A DNA stretch of 22,292 nt. It comes from Pedosphaera sp. Lineage in GTDB: Bacteria > Verrucomicrobiota > Verrucomicrobiia > Limisphaerales > SIBH01. Both the position numbers and the translations under genes were made by a program. Position 1 is the stretch's first letter. Each line of letters opens with the position of its first letter. Of the stretch, positions 8,318-17,200 are shown one piece after another. The notes under the pieces were generated by a model. That model made no database searches, was not told the origin of the DNA, and was given only the letters and a program-made list of their open reading frames with translations. The stretch is from contig JANOQV010000219.1 of the NCBI GenBank assembly GCA_031414955.1, positions 1 through 22,292 of the forward strand, in the 5' to 3' direction.

Positions 8318-9346
8318 ATGAAAACACTCGTTGTTCTCTTCATAGTGGGCTCCTGCCTGATCTTGCGAACGAACCTCAATGCTCAAGGGCAGGTAATCTT
8401 TGCGAATAACGCGGCCATAGCCGTGACAAATACGCTTACCGGCGCCGCAGTCGTGAGCGGCAACACTTTTCATGTGGCGCTCTACGCGGCGCCGGACGGA
8501 ACGACCGATGAATCTGCTTTCTTCCTTGTTACCGAAACCAATTTTTTCGCTGCGGGACGATTTAATAAAGGCACGATCAGCATTCCGGGCTTTGGTGGCG
8601 GCACTTATGTGATGTTTCAAGTTCGAGTTTGGGAAATGGCCTACGGCAGCACTTATGACCAGGCTGCCGCCGCGTCGCCGATGAATGGGCGTTATGCCCT
8701 GCTGGGAAAATCGGTCCTCATCCGCTTCCTGCTGACTCAGCCGCCCTCACTTCCCTATTACATCTATACCGCGGGTTTGAATCCCATCCGGCTGACCGCC
8801 CAACTCGTGCCCAGTTTCTTCATCAACAGCATCGTTGTGGCCGAAGGCACCAATGGCACGAAGGACGCGGTCTTCACCGTCTCGCTCAGCAGCCCGCTCG
8901 CGGAGTCCGCCAGCGTGGATTTTGCCACCGCGGACGGCACGGCCGTGGCCGGGTCGGATTACGTGGCCACGAATGGCACGCTCAACTTCGCGGCCGGTGA
9001 GACCAATAAGACCATCACCGTGACGCTCACACCCGACCCAGCCGCAGAGGAGGACGAGGATTTTTCGGTCGTGCTCTCAAATGGGGTGAGTGGGCCGGTG
9101 GCACAAGGCACGGGCACCTGCCTGATCACCGAAGTTCGTGTGGTGGGACTGCGCATGGATATTGCAATCACCTTCAATACGATTGCCGGCCATCATTACA
9201 GCGTCGAATGGACCCAGGATCTCGTGACCTGGCAGGCGGTGAGCGGCGGGGAGGATATCGTCGGCCTTGGCGGCAACATGTCTGTTTACGATCAAGGCGT
9301 GAATCCCCAGGGCGGGCGATTTTACCGGGCGCGTCTGATCGAATAG
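8318..9346 (+). CDS. Secreted protein with Calx-beta domain and C-terminal 'FYR' domain
   Basis: Signal peptide ending NAQG; Calx-beta signature VAEGT..FTVSLS..SVDFATADGTAVAGSDYVATNGTLNFAAGETNKTITV..DEDFSVVLSN; C-terminus YSVEWTQDLVTW...RFYRARLIE. Confidence 0.85.
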   Translation: MKTLVVLFIVGSCLILRTNLNAQGQVIFANNAAIAVTNTLTGAAVVSGNTFHVALYAAPDGTTDESAFFLVTETNFFAAGRFNKGTISIPGFGGGTYVMFQVRVWEMAYGSTYDQAAAASPMNGRYALLGKSVLIRFLLTQPPSLPYYIYTAGLNPIRLTAQLVPSFFINSIVVAEGTNGTKDAVFTVSLSSPLAESASVDFATADGTAVAGSDYVATNGTLNFAAGETNKTITVTLTPDPAAEEDEDFSVVLSNGVSGPVAQGTGTCLITEVRVVGLRMDIAITFNTIAGHHYSVEWTQDLVTWQAVSGGEDIVGLGGNMSVYDQGVNPQGGRFYRARLIE

Positions 9347-9381
9347 AGCGGAGTATCCCCGGTTTCTCCAACTGCGGGTTC

Positions 9382-9411
9382 TTGCCCTCCGTGCTCGGCC
9401 GCAACTAAGCT
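9382..9411 (+). promoter_or_regulatory. Putative sigma70 promoter, leaderless-type, for xylB
   Basis: TTGCCC (9382-9387) - 18 nt - TAAGCT (9406-9411) - 7 nt - ATG (9419); no Shine-Dalgarno. Confidence 0.5.
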
Positions 9412-9418
9412 GCGCGCC

Positions 9419-10951
9419 ATGCGCACTCTTCTTCTCGGCATCGACAGCGGCACGCAATCGACCAAGGTCGTGGCGGTGGACGCCAAAAACGGCAACGTGC
9501 TCGGCACGGGGGCCCAGGCTTACGAATTGATTCCCAATCTCCCGCCCGGCGCGAAGGAGCAACATCCCCACACCTGGCGCGACGCCACAGCCAAGGCCAT
9601 CCGACAGGCGTTGCGCGGGGCCAAGGCCGTCGCGGCGGAGGTCAAGGCCATCGGCGTGAGCGGCCAGCAGCATGGCTTCGTGCCGCTGGATGCGAAGGGT
9701 GAAGTGATTCGTGCCGCCAAACTCTGGTGCGACACCTCAACTGCGGCCGAGTGCGAACAGATCATGTCCGCGCTGGGCGGACAGAAGGAAACCATCAAGG
9801 CCATCGGCAACTCGGTGTTGCCGGGATTCACCGCGTCGAAGATTCTCTGGCTCAAGAATCACGAACCGCAGAACTACAAGAAGCTCGCCACCGTTTTGCT
9901 GCCGCACGACTACCTGAACTTCTGGCTCACCGGCGAGAAGGTCATGGAGTTCGGCGACGCCAGCGGCACGGCGCTGCTCGACGTGCGCAAGCGCAAGTGG
10001 TCCGCGCCCGTGCTCAAGGCCATCGACGAGGATCTGGCGGGCAAGCTGCCGCCGATTCTGTTCAGCAACCAGGCCGCCGGGCGATTGCAGCGCGGCGTGG
10101 CCAACGAACTGGGCTTGAACACCGACGTGCTGGTCAGTGCGGGCGGCGGCGACAACATGATGGGTGCCATCGGCACCGGCAATACGCGCGCCGGAGTCAT
10201 CACGGCCAGCTTCGGGACGAGCGGAACCATCTACGCCTGCGCGGAGAAACCGGTCGTCGATCCGCGCGGCGAGATCGCGTCGTTCTGTGACTCGACGAAC
10301 CGCTGGCTGCCGCTGCTCTGCACGATGAACGTGACCGTGGCCACCGAGATGGTGCGCAACGATTTCAAGATGACGCACGATCAGTTCGCCACCGCGGCCT
10401 CGCGCGCGCCCGCTGGCTGCGATGGCCTGTTCCTGCTCCCGTATCTCGAAGGCGAGCGCACGCCCAACGTGCCGGACGGCACGGGTGTTTATCTCGGAGT
10501 GAACTCGCGCACCTTTACCGGGCACCATTTCGCGCGCGCCACGATGGAAGGTGTGACGCTGGGCATGAACTACGGCCTGCGCCGTCTCGCCCAACTCGGT
10601 GTGGAGCCGGCGCAGATTCGCGCCACCGGTGGCGGCGCGAGGTCGAAGCTTTGGCGGCAAATCATGGCCGATGTTTTCAACGCCGAGGTCGTGACGCTCA
10701 AGGTGAGTGAAGGCGCGGCCTACGGCGCGGCGCTCCAGGCGCTCTGGTGCTGGCGCCAGCACCAGGGCGAGAAGGTGGAGATCGCCGACATCACCGACGA
10801 GTTCGTGGAGATCAACAAATCCGAGACGGCCACACCGAACAAAAAAAACGTCGAGGTCTATCGCGAATTGCAGGCCTTGCAGGACGAAGCCTCGAAGTCT
10901 TTGCGCGGTGTCTTTGCGGAGCATCGGAAGTTTGTGCTGCGGCCCGATTAA
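9419..10951 (+). CDS. xylB: Xylulokinase (FGGY carbohydrate kinase family)
   Basis: LGIDSGTQSTK, GVSGQQHG, LWCDT, GFTASKILWL, LLPHDYLNFWLTG, GDASGT, GGGDNMMGAIGTG, SFGTSGT, LPYLEGERTP, TGGGARS. Confidence 0.9.
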   Translation: MRTLLLGIDSGTQSTKVVAVDAKNGNVLGTGAQAYELIPNLPPGAKEQHPHTWRDATAKAIRQALRGAKAVAAEVKAIGVSGQQHGFVPLDAKGEVIRAAKLWCDTSTAAECEQIMSALGGQKETIKAIGNSVLPGFTASKILWLKNHEPQNYKKLATVLLPHDYLNFWLTGEKVMEFGDASGTALLDVRKRKWSAPVLKAIDEDLAGKLPPILFSNQAAGRLQRGVANELGLNTDVLVSAGGGDNMMGAIGTGNTRAGVITASFGTSGTIYACAEKPVVDPRGEIASFCDSTNRWLPLLCTMNVTVATEMVRNDFKMTHDQFATAASRAPAGCDGLFLLPYLEGERTPNVPDGTGVYLGVNSRTFTGHHFARATMEGVTLGMNYGLRRLAQLGVEPAQIRATGGGARSKLWRQIMADVFNAEVVTLKVSEGAAYGAALQALWCWRQHQGEKVEIADITDEFVEINKSETATPNKKNVEVYRELQALQDEASKSLRGVFAEHRKFVLRPD

Positions 10952-11070
10952 CCTTTCGGCCCCGCGAATACTCCAATTCTTCGGTCTTCGTTGGGGCGGG
11001 CCGGGCGGGTGCCGGCCAGAAAATCGGCACTTTCCTCCCTCCGACTCATTTGCTTAGGTTCCGCCCCTTT

Positions 11071-11802
11071 ATGTTGAAACATCATCTGCTCGCGACGTTG
11101 ATTTTGAGCCTGACCATCCCGGCTTCCATGGGTGCGGCAGAAATCCCCAACGCGCAACAGGACCAAGCGGAGCCTCCGCAAGTCTCGCCCGCCCCGCGCG
11201 ACCTGACCAACGAGCCGCGCGGGCGAGAACTCGACCGCTGGAGTTTTCAGGCGGGGGTCGCCGCCATCACTGATTCAGCGATCGGTGATTTGTTCCGGGG
11301 CGACGCCCAGAGACCTTCGAGCGAGGCGCGCGGGGAGATTTATCTCCTGCAGGTCTCTCGCAAGCTGGCGGAGTTCAAGCCGGAATTGTGGGGCCAAGAG
11401 ATGAAGTTAGATCTCGAACTGCCCCTGGTGCTCGGAGTGGTCAATGAGGATGGCGATGGTTCCTTCCTGCAGTACAGTGGCGGCCTGACCTTGCGGTGGA
11501 AACATTTTCCCTGGAATCACTGGCTCTATACCAATCTCGAAACGGGTGTGGGTCTGACCTACAGCCAGCATGTCTTGGCCACGGAACGCGAACGCCTTTC
11601 CGGGCGCGAGCGTTCCCACCTCGAGTTTTACTGGCCGTTACAACTGATGCTGGCGCATCCGCAGCATCGCGAGCATCAGTTGGTCCTGTTTATTCACCAT
11701 CACTCCGGCGGCGGCATCTTCCACCGGGGTGGCGCGAACAGCGTCGGGATTGGTTATCGCTATGTCATCGGTGAGCGGAAAGCCAGGCGGGCCGGCGCGT
11801 GA
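11071..11802 (+). CDS. Putative outer-membrane beta-barrel protein, PagL/acyloxyacyl-hydrolase-like
   Basis: Signal peptide from ATG 11071; amphipathic strands LTLRWKHFPW, ETGVGLTYS, LVLFIHHHSGG, GANSVGIGYRY; H-x-S motif near the C-terminus as in PagL-like enzymes. Function is inference. Confidence 0.6.
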   Translation: MLKHHLLATLILSLTIPASMGAAEIPNAQQDQAEPPQVSPAPRDLTNEPRGRELDRWSFQAGVAAITDSAIGDLFRGDAQRPSSEARGEIYLLQVSRKLAEFKPELWGQEMKLDLELPLVLGVVNEDGDGSFLQYSGGLTLRWKHFPWNHWLYTNLETGVGLTYSQHVLATERERLSGRERSHLEFYWPLQLMLAHPQHREHQLVLFIHHHSGGGIFHRGGANSVGIGYRYVIGERKARRAGA

Positions 11803-11869
11803 ACGGCGAGTGAGGCACGAAACCGCTACCCGCCGACATTAGAATGTGAAACTCTTGGGTCGGCCCTTG

Positions 11870-11964
11870 ACACCGCAGGATCAGTGAAGTTGTCAGGAAT
11901 CTTGATCCAGATTCCAAGTCCGGTGCTGCGCCTCTTCGCAGCACAAAAGTGCATCCTGCGGTGT
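11870..11964. other. Structured intergenic element: 12-bp terminal inverted repeat enclosing two hairpins (MITE-like or cis-regulatory RNA)
   Basis: ACACCGCAGGAT 11870-11881 / ATCCTGCGGTGT 11953-11964; GGAATCT 11896-11902 / AGATTCC 11909-11915; GTGCTGCG 11923-11930 / CGCAGCAC 11937-11944. Confidence 0.6.
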
Positions 11965-11989
11965 GGTGGCCCAAACGCGGAGTCGAAGT

Positions 11990-13423
11990 ATGAGAATAAT
12001 TGAAGCCTCGAATTGTTTGCCGAGGGGGCGCGGATTGCTCCTGGCCTTGTGTCTTTTCGGCTGGCCTGGGTTCGCCGCCAACCAGGCGGCCAAACTTCCT
12101 GAGACCTTCGACGTGAAAGCCATCGATGCCTGGCTCGCTGAACAGGTGAAGCAGCCTGGGCGCGTGGGGATGTCTGTCGCCATCGTGCAGGACGGTCAGG
12201 TGGTGCTGGCCAAAGGCTACGGCCAGCGCTCGCTCGCGGATGGCCGTCCGGTCGAGGCCAATACGCTCTTCGCCATCGGCTCGGTCAGCAAACAGTTCAT
12301 CTGCGCCGCCGTGCTGCTGCTCGCGGATGACGGCAGGCTCTCGGTCACGGAGCCCGTCGCAAAATATTATCCCGACCTCACGCGAGCGAAGGACCTCACG
12401 CTGCTCGATTTGATGAATCACGTCTCGGGCTACCCGGATTATTACCCGCTCGACTTCGTGGACCGCCGCATGACGCGCAAGATTGATCCGGACGAATTGC
12501 TTCGCCAGTACGCGGGCGGCAAGCTGGACTTTGAGCCGGGATCAAAATGGTCTTATAGCAACACCGGTTACATCCTGCTCGGTCGGGTCGCGGAGAAGGT
12601 GAGTGGCATGACGCTCGGTGAATTTCTCTCGCGCAGGATTTTCCAGCCGCTTGGCATGACGCATTCATTCTACGAACTTGATCCATCCGACCGCCGGCTG
12701 GCCTCCGGCTACGCGACCTTTGCCTTGAGCGATCCCGAACTGGTCGGGGCCGAAGGTCAGGGCTGGCTCGGCGGTGCCGGCGGCATCTACGCCACGCCCG
12801 GCGATCTGGCGAAGTGGAACCTTGCCCTCATGGGCGGCAAGCTGCTCAAGCCTGAAACTTACGCGCTGATGACGACGGCGCGGAAGCTGAACGACGGCAA
12901 ATTCGCGGACTACGGCTGCGGGTTGTCGGTCAAGTTGCAGGGCGGGCGGCAAGTGCTGGCGCACAACGGAGCCGTCAGCGGGTTCAACACTTACAGCGCC
13001 ATGGTTCCTGCCAAGCGTGCAGCGGTGATCGTCATGGTGAACATCGAGGGCGGACTTGGTTCGATCCCCGGCCAGCTTTTTTCGCTGCTGCTCAAGGAGA
13101 CGTCGAACGTGCCGACCGTCAAGGCCGCTCCGGCTGCGGAAACTGTGAAGGCTGTCTTCGCCGAGATGCAGCAGGGAAAGATCAACCGCGCCAAACTGGC
13201 CGAGGAGTTCAACCTGTATCTGAACGACGCCCGGCTGGCCGGTGCGGGGCGGCGGTTGAAATCCTACGGCCCGCCGACCAAGGCCGATGTGTTGAGCAGC
13301 AACGAGCGCGGCGGCATGGAAGTCACCACCACGCGTCTGACCTTCAAGAGTGGTAACCTCAAGGTGCTGATGTACCGCACACCGGAGGGCAAGATTGAGC
13401 AGTTCTTTGTGAACCGGGAGTAG
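11990..13423 (+). CDS. Secreted serine hydrolase, beta-lactamase class C/AmpC-like family, with extra C-terminal domain
   Basis: Signal peptide; GSVSKQF (SxxK), WSYSNTGY (YxN), LAHNG; about 100-aa C-terminal extension. Start ATG 11990 or GTG 11963. Confidence 0.92.
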   Translation: MRIIEASNCLPRGRGLLLALCLFGWPGFAANQAAKLPETFDVKAIDAWLAEQVKQPGRVGMSVAIVQDGQVVLAKGYGQRSLADGRPVEANTLFAIGSVSKQFICAAVLLLADDGRLSVTEPVAKYYPDLTRAKDLTLLDLMNHVSGYPDYYPLDFVDRRMTRKIDPDELLRQYAGGKLDFEPGSKWSYSNTGYILLGRVAEKVSGMTLGEFLSRRIFQPLGMTHSFYELDPSDRRLASGYATFALSDPELVGAEGQGWLGGAGGIYATPGDLAKWNLALMGGKLLKPETYALMTTARKLNDGKFADYGCGLSVKLQGGRQVLAHNGAVSGFNTYSAMVPAKRAAVIVMVNIEGGLGSIPGQLFSLLLKETSNVPTVKAAPAAETVKAVFAEMQQGKINRAKLAEEFNLYLNDARLAGAGRRLKSYGPPTKADVLSSNERGGMEVTTTRLTFKSGNLKVLMYRTPEGKIEQFFVNRE

Positions 13424-13542
13424 GCCGGAGCAGGAACCGGGTAGATCGAGTCCCAATTGGTGCGACATCATGCCCGCGCTCCCCGCGCGAGCAAACAGGC
13501 GTGCATTTCGCGCCCTTTGGCTCAATCATCACTCGCCTTAGC

Positions 13543-14211
13543 ATGATCCCAGCACCCTGGAATTCCGAAGCAGCCGCCCGCAGCGACGACGACAGCCTGC
13601 CCACGCGCGGCAGCCTGCTGCACCGCCTGCGCGATGCCGGTGATGACGCGAGCTGGCGGACTTTCTTCGAGACCTACTGGCGGCTCATCTACAACGTGGC
13701 GCGCAAGAGCGGACTGTCCGACGACGTGGCGCAGGAGGTCGTGCAGGAGACGGTCATCTCGGTCGCGCGCAAGATGCCGGAGTTTCGTTACGACCCGCAG
13801 ACGGGTTCCTTCAAGCAGTGGCTGCTGCTCATCACGCGGCGGCGGATTCAGGATCATCTGCGCAAATTTTACCGTGCCTTGCCTGTCGCTGATGTCACTG
13901 CTGAGATAGCCGAACACCGTATGGCAACGCTGCCCTCGCCGGTGCTTCCGCCGGACGCGGCCATCGAGGCGGCGTGGGAAGAGGAATGGCGTGAAACTAT
14001 TTTCCAGACCGCGCTGGCCCGGGTGCGAGCGCAGGTGAATCCCAAGAGCTACCAGGCGTTCGACTATTGCGTGCTCCAGAATTTGCGCGCGCCGGCCGTG
14101 GCGAAGATGCTCGGGCTGAACGTGGCGCAGGTTTATCTCGCGCGGCATCGCGTCAGCCAGGCGGTCAAGCGCGCGGCGGCCGAGGTGGAGGAGGAATTCA
14201 AACTCGGCTGA
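13543..14211 (+). CDS. ECF sigma-70 family RNA polymerase sigma factor (kinase-associated type)
   Basis: PTRGSLLHRL, WRTFFETY..LIY, AQEVVQET, GSFKQWL (sigma2); VAKMLGLNVAQVYLARHRV (sigma4 HTH). Directly upstream of a Ser/Thr kinase; no anti-sigma gene nearby. Confidence 0.93.
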   Translation: MIPAPWNSEAAARSDDDSLPTRGSLLHRLRDAGDDASWRTFFETYWRLIYNVARKSGLSDDVAQEVVQETVISVARKMPEFRYDPQTGSFKQWLLLITRRRIQDHLRKFYRALPVADVTAEIAEHRMATLPSPVLPPDAAIEAAWEEEWRETIFQTALARVRAQVNPKSYQAFDYCVLQNLRAPAVAKMLGLNVAQVYLARHRVSQAVKRAAAEVEEEFKLG

Positions 14212-14238
14212 AAGATTCGCGCCCCGCAGGCGAACTCA
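14209..14238 (+). promoter_or_regulatory. Candidate ECF-dependent promoter, copy 1 (kinase)
   Basis: TGAAAGATT-N12-GCGAACTCA ending 12 nt before the kinase ATG; near-identical copy at 17504-17533. Confidence 0.65.
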
Positions 14239-14250
14239 ATCCCAGACACG

Positions 14251-17200
14251 ATGTCAACGCCGCTCGAGGAAAAACTCCCGGACCCCGGAACCGCCACTGC
14301 GGAATCGGAGCGGTCGATGCGCGCCGCCGTGGAATTCAAGCTGGGCGGAACGGCGGAACCGCGGCCCGCGCCACCAGTGATTCCCGATCACACGCTGCTC
14401 CGGCGGATTGGCCGGGGCGCGTATGGCGAAGTGTGGCTGGCGCGCAGCACGCTCGGGACTTTGCGCGCGGTGAAGGTGGTCCATCGCGCGGACTTCGAGG
14501 ACGAGCATCCCTACGAGCGCGAGTTCCGAGGCATCCTTAAATACGAACCGATTTCCCGCACGCACGAGGGGCTGGTGCAGGTGCTGCACGTCGGACGCAA
14601 CGACGCGGCGGGGTGTTTCTACTACGTGATGGAGTTGGCGGATGGGGTGAAGGGGAAAGTAATCAGTGAGTCAGTAATCGGTAAATCAGTCGGGACTCAT
14701 CCGCGTGGGCCGACCGGTTCACTGAACACTGATTCACTGATTACTGATTACTTTCCCAAAACGCTCCGCTCCGAACTCAAACAGCGCCAGCGTCTCGCTC
14801 CTGCCGACGCGGCGCAACTGACGCTGCGGCTCGCCAGCGCGCTCGCGCATCTGCACGCGCACGGGCTGGTGCATCGCGACGTCAAGCCGGGCAACGTGAT
14901 CTTCGTGAATGGTCAGCCCAAGCTCGCGGACATCGGGCTGGTCGCGGGCGCGGGCGACTCGCGAAGTTTTGTGGGCACGGAAGGTTTCATTCCGCCGGAA
15001 GGGCCGGGCACGGCGCAGGCGGACATTTATTCGCTCGGCAAACTGCTCTACGAACTCGCGACGGGCCGCGACCGTCTGGACTTTCCGCAACTGCCGCCGC
15101 TGGGAGTGGAAGGTAGTGAGCCTCGCGCTGCGAGGCCAGTGGGGGACGCAACGACGAACGATGAACTTCGCTCGCAGCGCGAGCGAAGCCACCTTGATGA
15201 CGCCCTGCTGGAATTGAACGAAGTGATGACGCGCGCCTGTGCGCCGGACTTGCAGCAGCGTTACGCGAGCGCCCCGGAAATGCAGGCGGAACTCAATCTG
15301 TTCCTTGCGGGCCGCAGCCTGCGCCATTCGCGCAACGTGGAACGGAATCTGGCGCGCTTGAAAAAGTTTGCCATTGCCGCGTGTCTGTTTCTGGCGGTGG
15401 CTGCGGTGGCGCTGTGGTTCTCGAAACGCGAGGAGCATCACGCGCGCGAACGGGCGAATGCCGAGACCACGCTCCGTCTGCGTGCGGAAACCGCCGAGCA
15501 CGAAGCACGGCAGCAGCTTTACACCGCGCTGTTAGAACAGTCGCGCGCCACGGTGCGCAGCGGCGCGATTGGGCAGCGGGTGCGCTCGCTCGACGCCGTG
15601 CGGAGGGCGGCCTCGATTTCCAACACCATCGAGTTGCGCCGGGAGGCGGTGGCCGCACTCGCGCTGCCTGATGTTCGCTTCGAGCGCGAATGGTTCGGCG
15701 GGAGCGACGTGACGGCGGTGCAGTTCGATTCGGATTTCCAGCGTCTGGCCGTGTCGCGCGGCACCAATGCGGTGGAGATTCGCGCCGTCGCGGATTTTCG
15801 AGTGCTCGCCACGTTGCCCGCCAGTCGCATCGGCGCGTGCCTCCGCATAGCGTGGAGCGCGGGCGGCCGTTATCTGGCGGTGCGGCGCGATCACGCTGCC
15901 GACGGAGAGCGTGCGGATGTGGAGGTGTGGGAGTTGACCGCGACGAACCGCGTCTTGCTCCTGCGCGACGTGCCGCGCGGCACCTTGGGGTTCCATCCCA
16001 CTCTGCCGCGGCTCGTCACCGCCACTCGCGACGGACCGATCCTCGTCCGGGATCTGGAAAGCGGGAAGGAACTGGCGTTGTTCGGCGTCAACGGCGTGCC
16101 GGACGCGCTGGAATTTTCACCCGACGGGAAACGGATCGCGGCGAGTTATCCGTCCGGCGGTGCGTGGATGATTTCCGTCCATGACGCGGAGAGCGGCGAC
16201 GTGCGGGCGTCGGTCCGTTTTGCCAATCGCATTCCCAATCTGGCGTGGCATCCGGACGGGCCGTGGCTGGCCGTGCCCGACTACGGTGGCAACGTGCATC
16301 TCGTGGACGCGCGCACCGGCGCGTTCAGCGTGCTGGGCCGGCACAAGGCCGCGGCCTACACCGTGGTGTTCAGTCCCGACGGGCGCTTTCTGATCAGCGG
16401 CGGCTGGGATCGTGAATTGATTTGCTGGGACGTGTTCACGCGCCAGCGTTCGTTCACGCTGCCTGTCGAGAGCTGGAATCTGCGCTTCCGGGCCAACGGC
16501 CAGCATTGCGCGGTGGTGGGGAATGGGCGCGTGCAATTCTTTGCCTTTGAATCGCCCAGCAGTCATCGGGAGTTCGGGATCGCGCTGGGGGCGAACGTGA
16601 ATCACGCCGCCTTTTCACCGGATGGCTGTTGGCTCGCGGCATCCGGCGACCGACGCCTGGGCCTGTGGAATCTGACCAATGAATCATCGCCCGCACTGGC
16701 CGGTGAGGCTGCGGATGCCCGCCCCTTTTTCACGCCGGACTCCAAGGAACTCTTCGGCAGCAGCCGCGAAGATGCGGGCTTCCGCTGGCGTATCGCTGCG
16801 GGTGACGACGCTTTGGTTCGCCTCGAACGAATGCCGTTGTCTAAGCCGGCGGATTACACCGCGCTGTGTCTGGCGTCGAACCGCGTCGTCTGGACCCTCC
16901 GCCAGGGATCACGTCTGCTGGCGCTGGACGAAGTGCCGGACGATGACGACTGGATGCACACGCTTTCGGGCGTGAGCCGGGCGTCACCGCGCGGCGAGTG
17001 GCTCGCGGTTTTCCGTCCGTTCACGCCGTCGCTGCGGGTGTATCGCCTGCCGGAACTGGTGGACGCCGCGAAGTTCACCGCTCTGGCGAACATTTCCGCC
17101 GCGAGTTTTTCGTCGTCGGGACGCGAGGTCGTCACCGTCGCGCGCAACACCGCCGAGTTCTGGGACATCGCCAGCGGCCAGCGCACGCGTGTGTTGAGCA

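Noticed and set aside
10841..10848. A8 homopolymer in xylB as a phase-variation tract
   Set aside because: Short, in frame (KKN), near the 3' end of a housekeeping gene; no evidence of slippage.
11009..11033. GTGCCG/CGGCAC hairpin plus TTT as the xylB terminator
   Set aside because: 10-nt loop and only three U residues; too weak to call.
10747..11070. N-terminal extensions given by the ORF track (also 6023, 6838, 13501, 17388)
   Set aside because: They overlap upstream genes or intergenic motifs. Downstream ATGs (11071, 6098, 6949, 13543, 17544) put signal peptides or conserved motifs at the N-terminus.
11867..11895. Perfect TTGACA -35 box
   Set aside because: No TANNNT at 16-18 nt spacing; it overlaps the end of the structured element and may be incidental.
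4631..13423. Two beta-lactamase-family genes as an antibiotic-resistance locus
   Set aside because: Both look like generic serine hydrolases of a large esterase/peptidase family, differ in motifs, are 6 kb apart, and have no mobile-element context.
13516..13544. TTTGGC-17-TAGCAT as the ECF gene promoter
   Set aside because: The -10 box would overlap the likely start codon at 13543, and no suitable downstream ATG precedes the conserved TRGSLL motif.
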